Source: Thermovirgaceae bacterium (GTDB lineage Bacteria; Synergistota; Synergistia; Synergistales; Thermovirgaceae). Taken from it: 64,000 bases of DNA. The notes under the pieces were generated by a model. It did not search any database. It was not told the origin of the DNA and saw nothing but the letters and a program-made list of their open reading frames with translations. The stretch lies in contig JAXGNU010000001.1 in the NCBI GenBank assembly GCA_040767805.1, forward strand, positions 192,001 through 256,000, in the 5' to 3' direction. Positions 39,118-49,802 of the stretch are shown here, piece by piece. Made by a program: the position numbers and the translations under genes. Within the stretch, counting starts at the first letter, position 1, and every line of letters starts with the position of its first letter.

Positions 39118-39447
39118 TCACCGGGAGGGATCTTCTGAGGGCGGGCCCAAGTTCCCTCCCTGGGCATCGGTCGCCTCAAGGAAGGAATGCTTGAGGGTTT
39201 TGGGCCTCGTCTTGGCCTTTCTCTCGATAGCCTGGGCCCCGGCGCGGCTGTACCCGCGGGACGTGACAAAGACAAGTTCCACCGGGCGGCGGGAAGCGGT
39301 GTACCTGGCGCCCCTACCCTCGTTGTGCTGCCGAAGGCGTTTCTGTGGGTCCCGAGCGATGCCGCAGTAGTAGGTCCCGTCGGAACACCTCAAAAGGTAA
39401 ACGTGAAAAAGGCCCTTATCAGAGGTACTTTGACAGGGTCCTGTCAA
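39118..39447 (-). CDS. GIY-YIG nuclease family protein (UPF0213)
   Basis: VYLLRCSDGTYYCG, RLRQHNEGRGARYT. Start uncertain. Confidence 0.82.
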   Translation of the reverse strand: MTGPCQSTSDKGLFHVYLLRCSDGTYYCGIARDPQKRLRQHNEGRGARYTASRRPVELVFVTSRGYSRAGAQAIERKAKTRPKTLKHSFLEATDAQGGNLGPPSEDPSR

Positions 39448-40534
39448 TCCTCTTCAGCCCTTCCTTTAGGCGCGGCCGGTCCACGCCGAAGTTCATCCTC
39501 AGGTGGTTCTCGATGCCGAAGGAACTGCCCGGAATGACGAAGACGCTGTTGTTTTCCACCATGTCCATTACGAGGTCCCAGGACGGCACGGGGAGGTCGT
39601 ACTTCACGAAGGCGAAGCAGCCCGCCGCCGGGGGGGTGAAGGATAACACCCCGTGGTGGCTGTCAACCCATTCCGTGAAGGTGGCGAGGTTCTGCCGGAC
39701 GATCTCCCTGTTCCGGGCGAAGATCTTCTCGCGCATGTCCGGTTCAAGGGCTTTCGTGGCGAGGTAGTCGCTGAAAGTGGTGACCGTCGTGGAAAGGAAA
39801 TCGTGGTAGAACCAGGACATCTCGGCTATGTCCCTGGGCCCTGCCACCCATCCGATCCTAAGGCCCGGTAGCCCGAAGGACTTCGAGAGGCCGCTGATGA
39901 TGATGGCCTTGTCGTACATGCCCCAAAAACTGGGGGTCATCTTGTCGGTCTGTTCGGCCCCGCGATACACCTCATCGGAGAGAAGGTAGGCCCCCGCTTC
40001 CGAGGCAGCCTCGACGATCCGCCCCATCTGCTCCGGGGTGAGAACCGTCCCGGTGGGGTTGTTGGGGTTGCAGACGCAAACGAGCTTGGTCTTGGGCGTC
40101 ACGGCCCTTTTCAGGCTGTCCAGGTCAAGGGACCAGCCCCGCGCCGGGTCGAGGTTGAAGTTCCGTACCACCGCCCCGTTGGACTCCACCACGTGGGAGA
40201 GGAGCATGAAGTTGGGGATCATGAAGGCGACCTCGTCGCCCGGATCGATGAGGCCCCAGGCGATCAGGAAAAGCGCCTCGGCCGAGCCGTTCGTCATGAA
40301 CACGGAGGAGGGGTCCATCCCTTCGTAGAAGGAAGCTACGGCCTTCCTGAGGTGTTCCGTGCCGGCGGTGTGGACGTACTTGAGGTGCAGGTTGTTGTAG
40401 GCGTCTTCCATTTCCCTCGGCGAGAGGATCTCCCGTATGAACATGGGGTATATGCCGGAAGCGCTGAGGTCGTATTCCACTTCGTTCTGGAACCGGGCCA
40501 GCGTCCTCTCGAGTTTGAACTCTTTGATCTTCAT
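39419..40534 (-). CDS. Aminotransferase class I/II
   Basis: NPNNPTG, SDEVY, LSKSFGLPGLRIGW. Confidence 0.88.
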   Translation of the reverse strand: MKIKEFKLERTLARFQNEVEYDLSASGIYPMFIREILSPREMEDAYNNLHLKYVHTAGTEHLRKAVASFYEGMDPSSVFMTNGSAEALFLIAWGLIDPGDEVAFMIPNFMLLSHVVESNGAVVRNFNLDPARGWSLDLDSLKRAVTPKTKLVCVCNPNNPTGTVLTPEQMGRIVEAASEAGAYLLSDEVYRGAEQTDKMTPSFWGMYDKAIIISGLSKSFGLPGLRIGWVAGPRDIAEMSWFYHDFLSTTVTTFSDYLATKALEPDMREKIFARNREIVRQNLATFTEWVDSHHGVLSFTPPAAGCFAFVKYDLPVPSWDLVMDMVENNSVFVIPGSSFGIENHLRMNFGVDRPRLKEGLKRIDRTLSKYL

Positions 40535-40613
40535 TTAATGACCTCCTGTCTCAATAAGGGGATACCCCCTTTCGAATTGTATCCTAAATTCCCCATGGGA
40601 AGGAGAAAGCACT

Positions 40614-41681
40614 CTAGACCAGCGCCATTATAAGGGGAGGAAGGATGACGTAAATGGTCAGGAGCCTCGCAAGATGCAAGAGGCTAACCTTGAGAGGGTC
40701 GGCCCCCAGGTCCTCGGCGATGGAGGCCAGCTGGGTGATCCCCCCCGGGCAGGTGGCTATGAGGCAGGTCATCAGGCTCCATCCGGTGACGGCCCTCACA
40801 ATGAAGGCCAGCATGATGCCCCAGGCAAGCATGGCCGCCGTCGTCCCCACGATGGTCAGGAACATGCAGTAAATCGTCGAGAGTGTCTCGGGGGTGGCGT
40901 AAAGCCCTATGAGAGAGCCGAGCCCCAATTGAGCCACGTGCCTCGCCATCACCGGCAGGGGGCGGATGGGGAGCCCCGACGCTGCCGCGGCGGCGGTGAA
41001 GATCATGGAGCCCACGAAGCCGCCGACGGGTACGCCGAGGAAGTAGAATAAAAGGCCGCCCGCAGCGGCTATGGAAAGGGTCAGGAACCGACTACCCGCC
41101 CGCTGCCCTGGTTCGCCCGGTCGGGGTAAGGCCTCTTCCCGCCCGCTCCCTGGGTCGGGGTCGCCGCCGGTCGCGCCGGCGGGGGCCTTGCCCACCCTGG
41201 TGGAGATCACCGGCATGGCGATTAGCACCGAGGAGAGCCGAAAGAACTGCATCAACGCCACCAGGGCGGCGTCGGCCTCGAGGGTGAGGGCCAGCAGACT
41301 CATCTCGGCGATGCCCCCTGGCACGGTCCCGAGGATGGAAGTCGCCAGGCCAAGGTCGAACCAACGGTTTACCACCCAACCGAGACCGAGGGGGAAACTG
41401 ATCCACCAGGCAGCAGCAAGTAAGGCTACAGGCAGACTGCCTACGAGTTCCCTTCCGGTTCGGCCGGTAAAATGGATACCGACGAAGAGCCCCAGGGTCA
41501 CCTGGAAAAGCAGGTTCGCTCCTTCGGGGGTCGCCGGCACCACCCACCCCTTGACGGCGAAGAAGGCCGCCGAGACCATGGCCCCTACCATTACGGCCGC
41601 CGGTACCCGGAAAGCCCGGAGAAGGAGCCACCCGGGTATCCCTATGAGGAACAGGAGGAAGAAGTTCAAGGCCCAATCCAT
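40614..41681 (-). CDS. AbrB-duplication membrane protein
   Basis: Two repeats, PGGIAEM and PGGITQL; many TM helices. Confidence 0.82.
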   Translation of the reverse strand: MDWALNFFLLFLIGIPGWLLLRAFRVPAAVMVGAMVSAAFFAVKGWVVPATPEGANLLFQVTLGLFVGIHFTGRTGRELVGSLPVALLAAAWWISFPLGLGWVVNRWFDLGLATSILGTVPGGIAEMSLLALTLEADAALVALMQFFRLSSVLIAMPVISTRVGKAPAGATGGDPDPGSGREEALPRPGEPGQRAGSRFLTLSIAAAGGLLFYFLGVPVGGFVGSMIFTAAAAASGLPIRPLPVMARHVAQLGLGSLIGLYATPETLSTIYCMFLTIVGTTAAMLAWGIMLAFIVRAVTGWSLMTCLIATCPGGITQLASIAEDLGADPLKVSLLHLARLLTIYVILPPLIMALV

Positions 41682-41783
41682 AAAAGTCCCCCAGGTCGGG
41701 CGGCGGTGAAAAACTAAAGAGGGAACCCGCCGGGAATGATAAAATGGTCAAGGTTTTGAATAGATTCTCGCAAGGAGCATCCT

Positions 41784-42323
41784 ATGGGACCAAAGGGACG
41801 TTATGTTGCCCTATTCCTTGCGGTTGTCGCCTTTTCCCTCTGGGCGAGGCCGTCCAAAGACGAAAGCGAACTCCCAGGGGATCACAAGGGGGGTGCTGTC
41901 GTGTCCCAGGAAAAAATAACCCGTTCCGAGGAAGAATGGAAGGCCCTCCTCACGCCCGAACAGTACAGGGTCACCAGGGAGGGCGGAACGGAACCGCCCT
42001 TTTCAGGTAAATATTACAACCACCGGGAGAAAGGAACCTACCTCTGCTCAAACTGCGGTAACGGCCTGTTCAGTTCGGGCTCAAAGTATGACTCCGGGAG
42101 CGGGTGGCCAAGCTTTTTCGAACCCCTGTCGCCCGAAAGCGTTTCGACCCGGGAGGACCTGTCCCACGGAATGACCAGGGTGGAAGTGCTCTGCGCCAGG
42201 TGCGACGCGCACCTGGGCCACGTATTTCCCGATGGTCCTCCCCCGACGGGCCTGCGTTACTGTATAAACTCCGTAGCCCTGGACTTCAGCCCCGCCCAGT
42301 CCTCTCGCCCTGATACGAACTAA
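41784..42323 (+). CDS. msrB: Peptide-methionine (R)-S-oxide reductase
   Basis: [34 protein letters not shown]. Possible N-terminal signal. Confidence 0.95.
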   Translation: MGPKGRYVALFLAVVAFSLWARPSKDESELPGDHKGGAVVSQEKITRSEEEWKALLTPEQYRVTREGGTEPPFSGKYYNHREKGTYLCSNCGNGLFSSGSKYDSGSGWPSFFEPLSPESVSTREDLSHGMTRVEVLCARCDAHLGHVFPDGPPPTGLRYCINSVALDFSPAQSSRPDTN

Positions 42324-42336
42324 GGCCGAGCTGAGA

Positions 42337-43515
42337 TCACTCCTCTACCTGTTCCATCTGGATGGAACCGGAGTAGATCAGGGCGATCTTCGCGCTTACG
42401 GGACCGATCAACTCGTACAAAAACGACGAGGATAATATTATCGCCAGTAGCATGTGGCCCGTGGCTTCCGGCAAGACCCTCTTGCCCAGGAAGGCCAGCC
42501 CTATAGCGACCCCGGCCTGCGGGATCAGGGCTAATCCAAGGTAGTTCCTCACATTCCTGGGGGTCTTCGCGATGAGGCAACCCAGGTAGGCACCGAAATA
42601 TTTCCCCAGGATCCGGATAATGAAGTAGGAGGCGCCGATGACACCCATAGAACCCAGGGTGCTCAGGTCCAGGCTCATCCCCGACACGACGAAGAACAAC
42701 GAAAAGATCGGCGGGCTCAGCCTGTCCAGATACTTGAACAACTCCCTGTCCTTCGCCATATTTACATAGGTCGTCCCGAAGAGCATGCAGGACAGCAGGG
42801 GTGAAATGTCGACCGCCACGCACAGGCCGGCGATACCCAGCAACAGGGAAATGGTCAGAATGACACGATCGTCATCGCTACGCTTGGAAACCCTCAATTT
42901 GCTCAGTATGAACCCGCTTGCAAAACCGAGGGCGAGGGCGAGGGCGTTGAAAATAATGGGCATTACTATCTCGGAGATACAGACACCCGCCCCATCGCCG
43001 GCATTGACGATGGCCAAGGCTATGCTGAAGACGATAAGGCAGACGCCGTCGTCGAGGGCTACCACCTGCAGGAGGATATTCACGAAATTACCTCTGGCAT
43101 GGTACTGGCGGATCGTTACCGTCGTGCTGGCAGGGGCCGTCGCGGTCCCTATCGCTCCCAAAAGCAGGCTGAAGTCCCAATCCAGGTGAAAAAGGTAGTG
43201 CAGGGACAGGGTCACGATAACCCCGGCGAGAAGCGACTCCATCAGGGTGATCGTGATCACTCCGAAGCCGGTTTCCCTGAAAACTTCTTTTCGGAAGAAA
43301 CGACCTACCCCGAAGGCGATGAAGGCCAGGGCGATATCGCTGATAAACCCCATGTCCTCGATCATCCTTGGTGGGACCAGTTTCAGGATATGGGGGCCTA
43401 TCAGGATCCCCGCGATAATGTAGCCCGTGACATCGGGCAGCTTCGCCAGCTTGGTGAGGCGCGTCAGCAGAAAGCCGGCAAGCAGTACCACCGACAGGGA
43501 AATCAGTATTTCCAT
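42337..43515 (-). CDS. Cation:proton antiporter (CPA2)
   Basis: LPDVTGYIIAG, ATAPA, VALDD, PQAGVAIG. Confidence 0.85.
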   Translation of the reverse strand: MEILISLSVVLLAGFLLTRLTKLAKLPDVTGYIIAGILIGPHILKLVPPRMIEDMGFISDIALAFIAFGVGRFFRKEVFRETGFGVITITLMESLLAGVIVTLSLHYLFHLDWDFSLLLGAIGTATAPASTTVTIRQYHARGNFVNILLQVVALDDGVCLIVFSIALAIVNAGDGAGVCISEIVMPIIFNALALALGFASGFILSKLRVSKRSDDDRVILTISLLLGIAGLCVAVDISPLLSCMLFGTTYVNMAKDRELFKYLDRLSPPIFSLFFVVSGMSLDLSTLGSMGVIGASYFIIRILGKYFGAYLGCLIAKTPRNVRNYLGLALIPQAGVAIGLAFLGKRVLPEATGHMLLAIILSSSFLYELIGPVSAKIALIYSGSIQMEQVEE

Positions 43516-43811
43516 CGTGTGGCTTGATCTGCACAGAAGATCCGCCATCTCTTACACTCCAAAAACAGGATGCCCCGAAAATTTCCCCGGCGGCCGCGTC
43601 GCTTGAAGCAGGGAGCGAAAAAAGCGGAATAAATGAATCATAACAAAAACGCTTCCTAACCGCCGCGTCGCCGGGGTCCTCTCCCAAGTCCTACGGCAAG
43701 GCCGTTGCCTTCTTAATTTAGTTAGGCTATCATTCTAATCGCAAAACTAATAAGTCTTTTTTATTGTTTCTAGTTTTTTTATAAATATTCATTATGCTAG
43801 AGGTGAGAAAG

Positions 43812-44708
43812 ATGATCGACCCGAAACTTTACTCCCTGTTAGCGGTGGTCGAATTCGGCAATTACACCCGGGCGGCGGAGCATCTCTCACTGACCCAGCC
43901 CGCCGTGACCCATCACATGAAGCAACTGGAAATAGAGCTGGACATCAGGATCTTCAATCGTATCGGCAACAGGATAAAGCCGACCACCGAAGGGGAGATC
44001 CTCATCGGTTACGCCCGTCGGAGCATCGCCCTGTACGAGGCGATGAACCAGGGCATCCTCGATGAGAAAAGGCACTTCCGCCGACTCACGGTGGGGATCA
44101 CGCCCACCGCCGAGAGCAACGCCGTCGCCGAGGTTTTGGGCGAATACAGCGCCAGGAATCCAGGAACGAAAATAACGATCATTACGGATTACATAAACAA
44201 TCTTTATAATATGCTCAAGAATTACGAGGTGGACCTGGTCGTTTCGGAGGGTAAGGTCCAGGACGAAAGCATCAACTCGCTTTTGCTGGATACCGATTCC
44301 CTGGTGCTGGTCCTGTCCAACAACCACCCCCTGGCCAGGAAAAACATGATAACCGTGAAGGAATTGAAGGAACTCCCCCTGATCCTCCGAGCCCATCCTC
44401 CGATACCAGGAGCCTTTTCAGGGCGCACCTGAAAGTCACAACATGTCCCTCGAAGACTTCAACGTCATCTTGGAAATAGACAATATAGGGACCATCAAGA
44501 ACCTGGTAAGGCGCGAGATAGGGGTCTCGATACCCGCGCAGCGTGTGCCTCGACGAGCTCAAGAAGGAGCCTTTCAGTATTGCCCATAGAGAACCTGAGC
44601 ATGGTCCGGGAGATCAACATACTGTATCACCGCGACTTCAGGCATGAGGACCTGTTGCAGAATATCCCGAAGGAATATAACAAGGCGATAAGGAATTACT
44701 CGGCTTGA
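43812..44708 (+). pseudogene. LysR-family regulator with several frameshifts
   Basis: Intact HTH (LTQPAVT) up to about 44390. LysR C-terminal segments continue in shifting frames (ESHNMSLEDFNVILEIDNIGTIK, LPIENLSMVREINILYH) to TGA at 44708. Confidence 0.8.
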
Positions 44709-44818
44709 TACCAGGGCCCCGGTCCGTTCGGGAGAGTCCAAGACAGTGTGACCGCCGCACTTCTCATGATAGAGGGGTGACATTACCCCTGTCCGGCCAC
44801 AATGTTTCATTAAGAGCC

Positions 44819-44848
44819 TTGACGCTTCTCAATCGCTTCACGTAAAAT
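44819..44848 (+). promoter_or_regulatory. Candidate sigma70 promoter for ABC operon 1
   Basis: TTGACG-18 nt-TAAAAT. Confidence 0.55.
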
Positions 44849-44921
44849 CAAGGGGCGGGCGAAATTTTGAACAAATAAGTCCTTGCGGTCACGGGGACAT
44901 CATCAAGAAGGAGGAGTCGAA

Positions 44922-46193
44922 ATGGGGAAGAGCTTTTTCGGTAAGTGTCTGCTTCTTGTTCTTGCGGCGCTCCTTGTCGTGGGTACCCTGTCCGGGGTCG
45001 CCGTCGCCGAGGAGAAGGTGATCAAGATCGGGACCCTTTTCCCTCTCACCGGTTCGGTGGCCCTTGCAGGCCAGCGGTGCCGCGCTGCCGTTGAGACCGC
45101 CGCGGAGGTCATCAACAACGCCCACCCCGAACTGAAGGTACCCTTGGCGGAAAAAGCGGGCCTTTTGGACGGCTACAAGATCGTCCTCATCCATGCTGAT
45201 CACCAGGGCAAACCCGATGTGGCGAAGTCCGAAGCCGAACGCCTTTTCGACCAGGAGAAGGTTTGGACCATCATCGGGTGCTACAACAGCGCCTGCACAA
45301 AACCCGCCAGTTTCGTGGCCGAACTGAAACAGAAGGTCTTCATGTGCGGGTGCTCCAGCTCCGGCGCCCTGACGGAGCGCGACTTCAAGTACTTCTTCCG
45401 TATGGCCCCCACGGACAAGACGGAGTCCCTCGAGTTCGTCGAGTTCATCGAATATGTCAACGAGAAGAAAAATGCCGGCGTTAAGACCGTCGGTTTGATC
45501 TACGAGAACACCGAGTTCGGCAAACACGCCGCCGAGGAAGGCCGCATGGCCGCCGAAGCCGGCGGCTTCAAGGTCGTTGCCGATGTCGCTTTCAACCCCG
45601 GCGCGACCAACCTCAACAGCGAAGTCCAGACCCTCAAGGCCGCCAACCCTGACGCGGTTTTCGGAGCTTGCCTAGGCGGGGACTACACCCTCTGGGTCCG
45701 CACCATGAAGCAGATGGATTGGCTCCCGAAGGTCGCCCTCAACTACTGCACGGGTTACCAGGACCCCATCATCACCGGCCAACTCGGTGACGACGCCAAC
45801 TACTTCATGGGCGGCACCGGCTACGCCCCCGAGTTCGCTGAACTGATGCCGGCCGTCGCGGCGGTCGAGGAAATCTACAAGGCCAAGACCGACCCCAGCG
45901 TCCCCTTTGACAGCGATTCGATCCAGGAAGCGGTGGCCCTCTTCATCGTCGCCCAGGCTATCGAGAAATCCGGGAGCCTCGATCCCACGGTCGTGGCCGA
46001 GACCCTTTACGCCAACGAGTGGGAGTCCCCCCTATCCATGGGCGGCAAGGTGGCCTTCTCGCCCGGCGGGCAGAACGTCAAGGCCATGAGCATGCTCACC
46101 CAGCTCCAGGGCGGGGAATACAAGAGGATCTACCCTCTGGAACTCGCCGATACGGAACCGGTCATCCCCATGGTCCCCTGGAAAGATCGCTAG
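44922..46193 (+). CDS. LIV-type ABC substrate-binding protein
   Basis: Signal peptide, IKIGTLFPLTG, YFFRMAP. Confidence 0.88.
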   Translation: MGKSFFGKCLLLVLAALLVVGTLSGVAVAEEKVIKIGTLFPLTGSVALAGQRCRAAVETAAEVINNAHPELKVPLAEKAGLLDGYKIVLIHADHQGKPDVAKSEAERLFDQEKVWTIIGCYNSACTKPASFVAELKQKVFMCGCSSSGALTERDFKYFFRMAPTDKTESLEFVEFIEYVNEKKNAGVKTVGLIYENTEFGKHAAEEGRMAAEAGGFKVVADVAFNPGATNLNSEVQTLKAANPDAVFGACLGGDYTLWVRTMKQMDWLPKVALNYCTGYQDPIITGQLGDDANYFMGGTGYAPEFAELMPAVAAVEEIYKAKTDPSVPFDSDSIQEAVALFIVAQAIEKSGSLDPTVVAETLYANEWESPLSMGGKVAFSPGGQNVKAMSMLTQLQGGEYKRIYPLELADTEPVIPMVPWKDR

Positions 46194-46367
46194 TCAACGC
46201 CGGGTACCCGGTTCAAAGCACCTGAATCGGGTACCGATTCGTTACGGCATCACCAAAAGCGGATCTTTCAGAGAGGCAGCAGGGGGTTCTCTGTTGCCTC
46301 TCTTGTTTCGCCGGTTCGCTTGGCTGGAGTACCAGGCAACAACTGATGAACTGGGGGTGTACCCTTT

Positions 46368-47228
46368 ATGGCCACGTTTCTCCAAGTCGCCTTCGACGGA
46401 CTGCTGAACGGGCTACTTTACGCGCTTGTGGCGGCGGGCCTGAGCCTCATCTGGGGCGTCATGGACGTCATCAACTTCGCCCATGGCGAGTTTCTCATGG
46501 TCGCTATGTACCTCAGTTACTGGCTGGGCTTTATCTGGAAGGTCGATCCCCTGGTCTCCTCCATAGCGGGGGGGGCCTTTGTTTTTATCCTCGGGGCTCT
46601 TACCTACAGGCTCGTCATAAGCAGGACCATAGGCAAGTCCGCCATGTCCGCCCTCCTGGCGACCTTCGGGCTTTCCATGCTCCTCAAAAACGTATGCCTC
46701 AACCGTTTCTCGCCCAACTTCAGGATCCTGCAGCACACTCTGCTGGGAGCGAAAACCTTCAGCCTGTCGGGCATCATCATTCCGCTGCCCCAACTGGTCA
46801 TCGGCCTCGTCGCCCTGGCCCTTTTGTACCTGATATACCTGCTCGTCAAGAAGACGCGCCTGGGATGGGCTATCCAGGCGACGGCGATGGACAAGGAAGC
46901 GGCCGAATTGATGGGTATAAACACTGAAAGGATCTACCTGCTCGTCTTCGGCCTGGGCGGGGCCTGCGTCGGGATAGCGGGAGGCCTGCTGCCGTCCTAC
47001 CTCGCGGTCCACCCTGAAGTGGGAGGGCTTTTCAGCCTCATCGCCTTCGTCTGTGTCGCCATGGGGGGGTTCGGCAGCATTCCCGGGGCCCTACTGGCTT
47101 CGCTCCTGATCGGCCTCGTGGAAGCCTTCGCGGGTTTTTACATCGCGCCGGTCTTCAAGTATGTCGCCGTATTCGGGCTCTACCTGGTGGTCGTGATGGT
47201 CAGGCCCCGGGGACTCTTCGGATGGTGA
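46368..47228 (+). CDS. LivH-like ABC permease
   Basis: GLSLIWGVMDVINFAHGE, GGFGSIPG. Confidence 0.9.
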   Translation: MATFLQVAFDGLLNGLLYALVAAGLSLIWGVMDVINFAHGEFLMVAMYLSYWLGFIWKVDPLVSSIAGGAFVFILGALTYRLVISRTIGKSAMSALLATFGLSMLLKNVCLNRFSPNFRILQHTLLGAKTFSLSGIIIPLPQLVIGLVALALLYLIYLLVKKTRLGWAIQATAMDKEAAELMGINTERIYLLVFGLGGACVGIAGGLLPSYLAVHPEVGGLFSLIAFVCVAMGGFGSIPGALLASLLIGLVEAFAGFYIAPVFKYVAVFGLYLVVVMVRPRGLFGW

Positions 47229-47233
47229 CGGCC

Positions 47234-48235
47234 ATGACCCTAACTGGGAAAAGGACGAAGAGGGACCTGTTTTGGCTGGGGCTCCTGGCCCTTTTCGCTG
47301 TGATCCCGTTGACGCCCTGGTTTACCCGCAGCACCTTCACGCAGCACGTGATGATCCAGGTGCTCCTATACGCGAGCATGGCCCAGGCCTGGAATATCCT
47401 GGGCGGTTATTGCGGCCAGGTTTCCTTCGGGCATTCCGTTTTCTTCGGCATAGGCGCCTATGGTACCGCCATGACTGTCGTGAAATTCGGCCTCATCCCA
47501 TGGCCGGGCATCCTGGCCGGCGCGGTGATCGCAGCCGCCGTGGCCGTGGCAATAAGCTACCCCTGCTTCAAACTCAAGGGCCATTATTTCGCCATTGCGA
47601 CCTTCGCGATAGTCGAGATTTTCAACCGCCTGTTCATGGTCTGGTACTGGGTCGGGGGTGCCTTGGGGCTCGATTATGGATTCACCCAGCCGGGATGGAA
47701 GAATTTCGTATGGTACCAGACCAAGGATTGCTGCTTTTACGGCGTCCTTCTTCTCTTCATCCTCGTCTTCGGCATCGTCCGCTGGATAGAGAAGCACCGC
47801 TTCGGTTTTTACTTGAGGGCCGTAAGGGAGGGACAGGACACGGCGGAATCGCTCGGCGTCGACAGCACCAGGGTGAAGCTATCGGCCATGGCACTTTCGG
47901 CCTTCCTGGCCGCCCTTTGCGGGGCTTTCTTCGCCCAGTACAACTACCGCGTGGACCCGCCGATGGTCATGTCCCTCGACATGTCGATGAAGTTCGTGCT
48001 CATCACGATCCTCGGCGGCCTGGGTACCTTTTACGGACCCCTCCTGGGGGCCGCTCTCCTTATCCCCCTGCAGGAGTACACCCGGGCGTACCTCGGCGGT
48101 ATCGGAGGAGGCGTGGACCTGATCATTTTCGGCCTCCTCATCATTATCGTGGTCGTCTACCAGCCCAAGGGTATTATGGGTATTCTTGACCGGGTTTTCG
48201 TGAGGTTCAGACGGTCAAGGGAAGGGGGGAAGTAG
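47234..48235 (+). CDS. LivM-like ABC permease
   Basis: GYCGQVSFGH, LKGHYFAIAT, LGGLGT. Confidence 0.9.
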   Translation: MTLTGKRTKRDLFWLGLLALFAVIPLTPWFTRSTFTQHVMIQVLLYASMAQAWNILGGYCGQVSFGHSVFFGIGAYGTAMTVVKFGLIPWPGILAGAVIAAAVAVAISYPCFKLKGHYFAIATFAIVEIFNRLFMVWYWVGGALGLDYGFTQPGWKNFVWYQTKDCCFYGVLLLFILVFGIVRWIEKHRFGFYLRAVREGQDTAESLGVDSTRVKLSAMALSAFLAALCGAFFAQYNYRVDPPMVMSLDMSMKFVLITILGGLGTFYGPLLGAALLIPLQEYTRAYLGGIGGGVDLIIFGLLIIIVVVYQPKGIMGILDRVFVRFRRSREGGK

Positions 48236-48236
48236 C

Positions 48237-48995
48237 ATGGCCCTTCTTGAAGTGCGCAACCTGACAATGAAGTTCGGCTCCCTGGTGGCTTGCAACGATG
48301 TCTCCTTCGACGTTGAGAAGGGATCCGTCGTCGGGCTCATTGGGCCCAACGGCGCGGGCAAGACGACCCTTTTCAACTGCGTGTCGGGTTTTTACAAGCC
48401 CACATCGGGCAGGATGTTCTTCGACGGCCGTGAGGTCACCAACCTGCCGGCCCACGAGGTGGCCCGCCGCGGGGCCGTAAGGACCTTCCAGGTGGTTCGC
48501 CCGTTGAAAGAAATGACCGTCATGGACAACGTCCTCGTCGGGGCTTTCCTGCGGGGAGCCGATGCCGATACGGCCCGGGAGGTCGCGGGGGAATGCCTTC
48601 ACCTTTGCCGCCTGGAGGAAATGGCCGATAACCTGGCTGGGGGGCTCCCCACCGGCTACAAAAAGAGGCTCGAAATGGCCCGGGCCCTCGCCACCAAGCC
48701 GAGCCTGCTCATGCTCGATGAGGCGATGGCCGGGTTGACTACGACGGAGATCAAGGAATCGATCGAAATAATAAAGGGCTTGAAAAAAGGAGGTATTACC
48801 CTTCTCGTGGTCGAGCACATCATGGAAGCGGTCATGTCCATCGCCGACAAGGTGGTCGTCCTGGACAGCGGTGTGAAGATCGCCGAAGGCACCCCCCAGC
48901 AGATAGTGGAGGACGAGAAGGTCATAACGGCCTACCTTGGTGCCAAGTTCACCGAGAGGATGAAGCGAACGGGAGGGGTGACGAGAAATGACTGA
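48237..48995 (+). CDS. LivG-like ABC ATPase
   Basis: GPNGAGKTT, RTFQ, LDE, EH, AYLG. Confidence 0.9.
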   Translation: MALLEVRNLTMKFGSLVACNDVSFDVEKGSVVGLIGPNGAGKTTLFNCVSGFYKPTSGRMFFDGREVTNLPAHEVARRGAVRTFQVVRPLKEMTVMDNVLVGAFLRGADADTAREVAGECLHLCRLEEMADNLAGGLPTGYKKRLEMARALATKPSLLMLDEAMAGLTTTEIKESIEIIKGLKKGGITLLVVEHIMEAVMSIADKVVVLDSGVKIAEGTPQQIVEDEKVITAYLGAKFTERMKRTGGVTRND

Positions 48996-49704
48996 CCCTA
49001 TCCTGAGAGTCCAGGGCTTTCATTCCGGGTACGACGGCGTTCCGGTCATACACGGGATAGACCTCGAGGTGGCCGAGGGCGAACTGGTGGCCATCGTCGG
49101 CGCCAACGGCGCGGGCAAGACCACCACCATGAGGACCATCGCCGGGCTGATGCATCCCTTCAAGGGGTGCGTGCTCTTCGAGGGCGAGGACATCTCCCGG
49201 AAAAAAGCCCACGAGACAAACCGCATGGGTATAAGTTACGTCCCGGAAGGAAGGCGGCTTTTCCCGAAACTGACCATCAAGGAGAACCTGGAACTAGGTG
49301 CTTTCACCAAGACCGACCGGGAGGAGATCGAGCGAAACCTTGAGCAGGTCTTCGATCTTTTCCCCAAACTGTTCGATCGCCGAAGCCAGATCGCCGAGAC
49401 CCTGAGCGGAGGCGAGCAACAAATGGTGGCCATCGCCAGGGGGCTTATGTCAAACCCCCGCCTGCTCCTTCTGGATGAACTCTCCCTGGGGCTCATGCCC
49501 TCCCTCGTGGAAAAAGTCATGGAGGCGGTAGTGTCCATCAACCGGTCCGGTGTGACCATCCTCCTGGTAGAACAGATGGTGCAGGAAGCCCTGGAAATCG
49601 CCGACAGGGGGTACGTCCTCCAGACCGGGAAGATCGTCCAGCAGGGGACGGCCAGGGAACTGCTGGACTCCCCCGAGGTCCGCAAGGCTTACATGGGGAT
49701 GTGA
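48988..49704 (+). CDS. LivF-like ABC ATPase
   Basis: GANGAGKT, VPEGR, LSGGEQQM. Confidence 0.9.
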   Translation: MTDPILRVQGFHSGYDGVPVIHGIDLEVAEGELVAIVGANGAGKTTTMRTIAGLMHPFKGCVLFEGEDISRKKAHETNRMGISYVPEGRRLFPKLTIKENLELGAFTKTDREEIERNLEQVFDLFPKLFDRRSQIAETLSGGEQQMVAIARGLMSNPRLLLLDELSLGLMPSLVEKVMEAVVSINRSGVTILLVEQMVQEALEIADRGYVLQTGKIVQQGTARELLDSPEVRKAYMGM

Positions 49705-49802
49705 CCCTGTGATCCGGACGACCTCGCGCACCGGGGTACCACGGCCCTTGGCGGTCGGCGCAACCCAAGACCGCCGAGGGCCTTAAGCGGAGGTGATACG
49801 GA

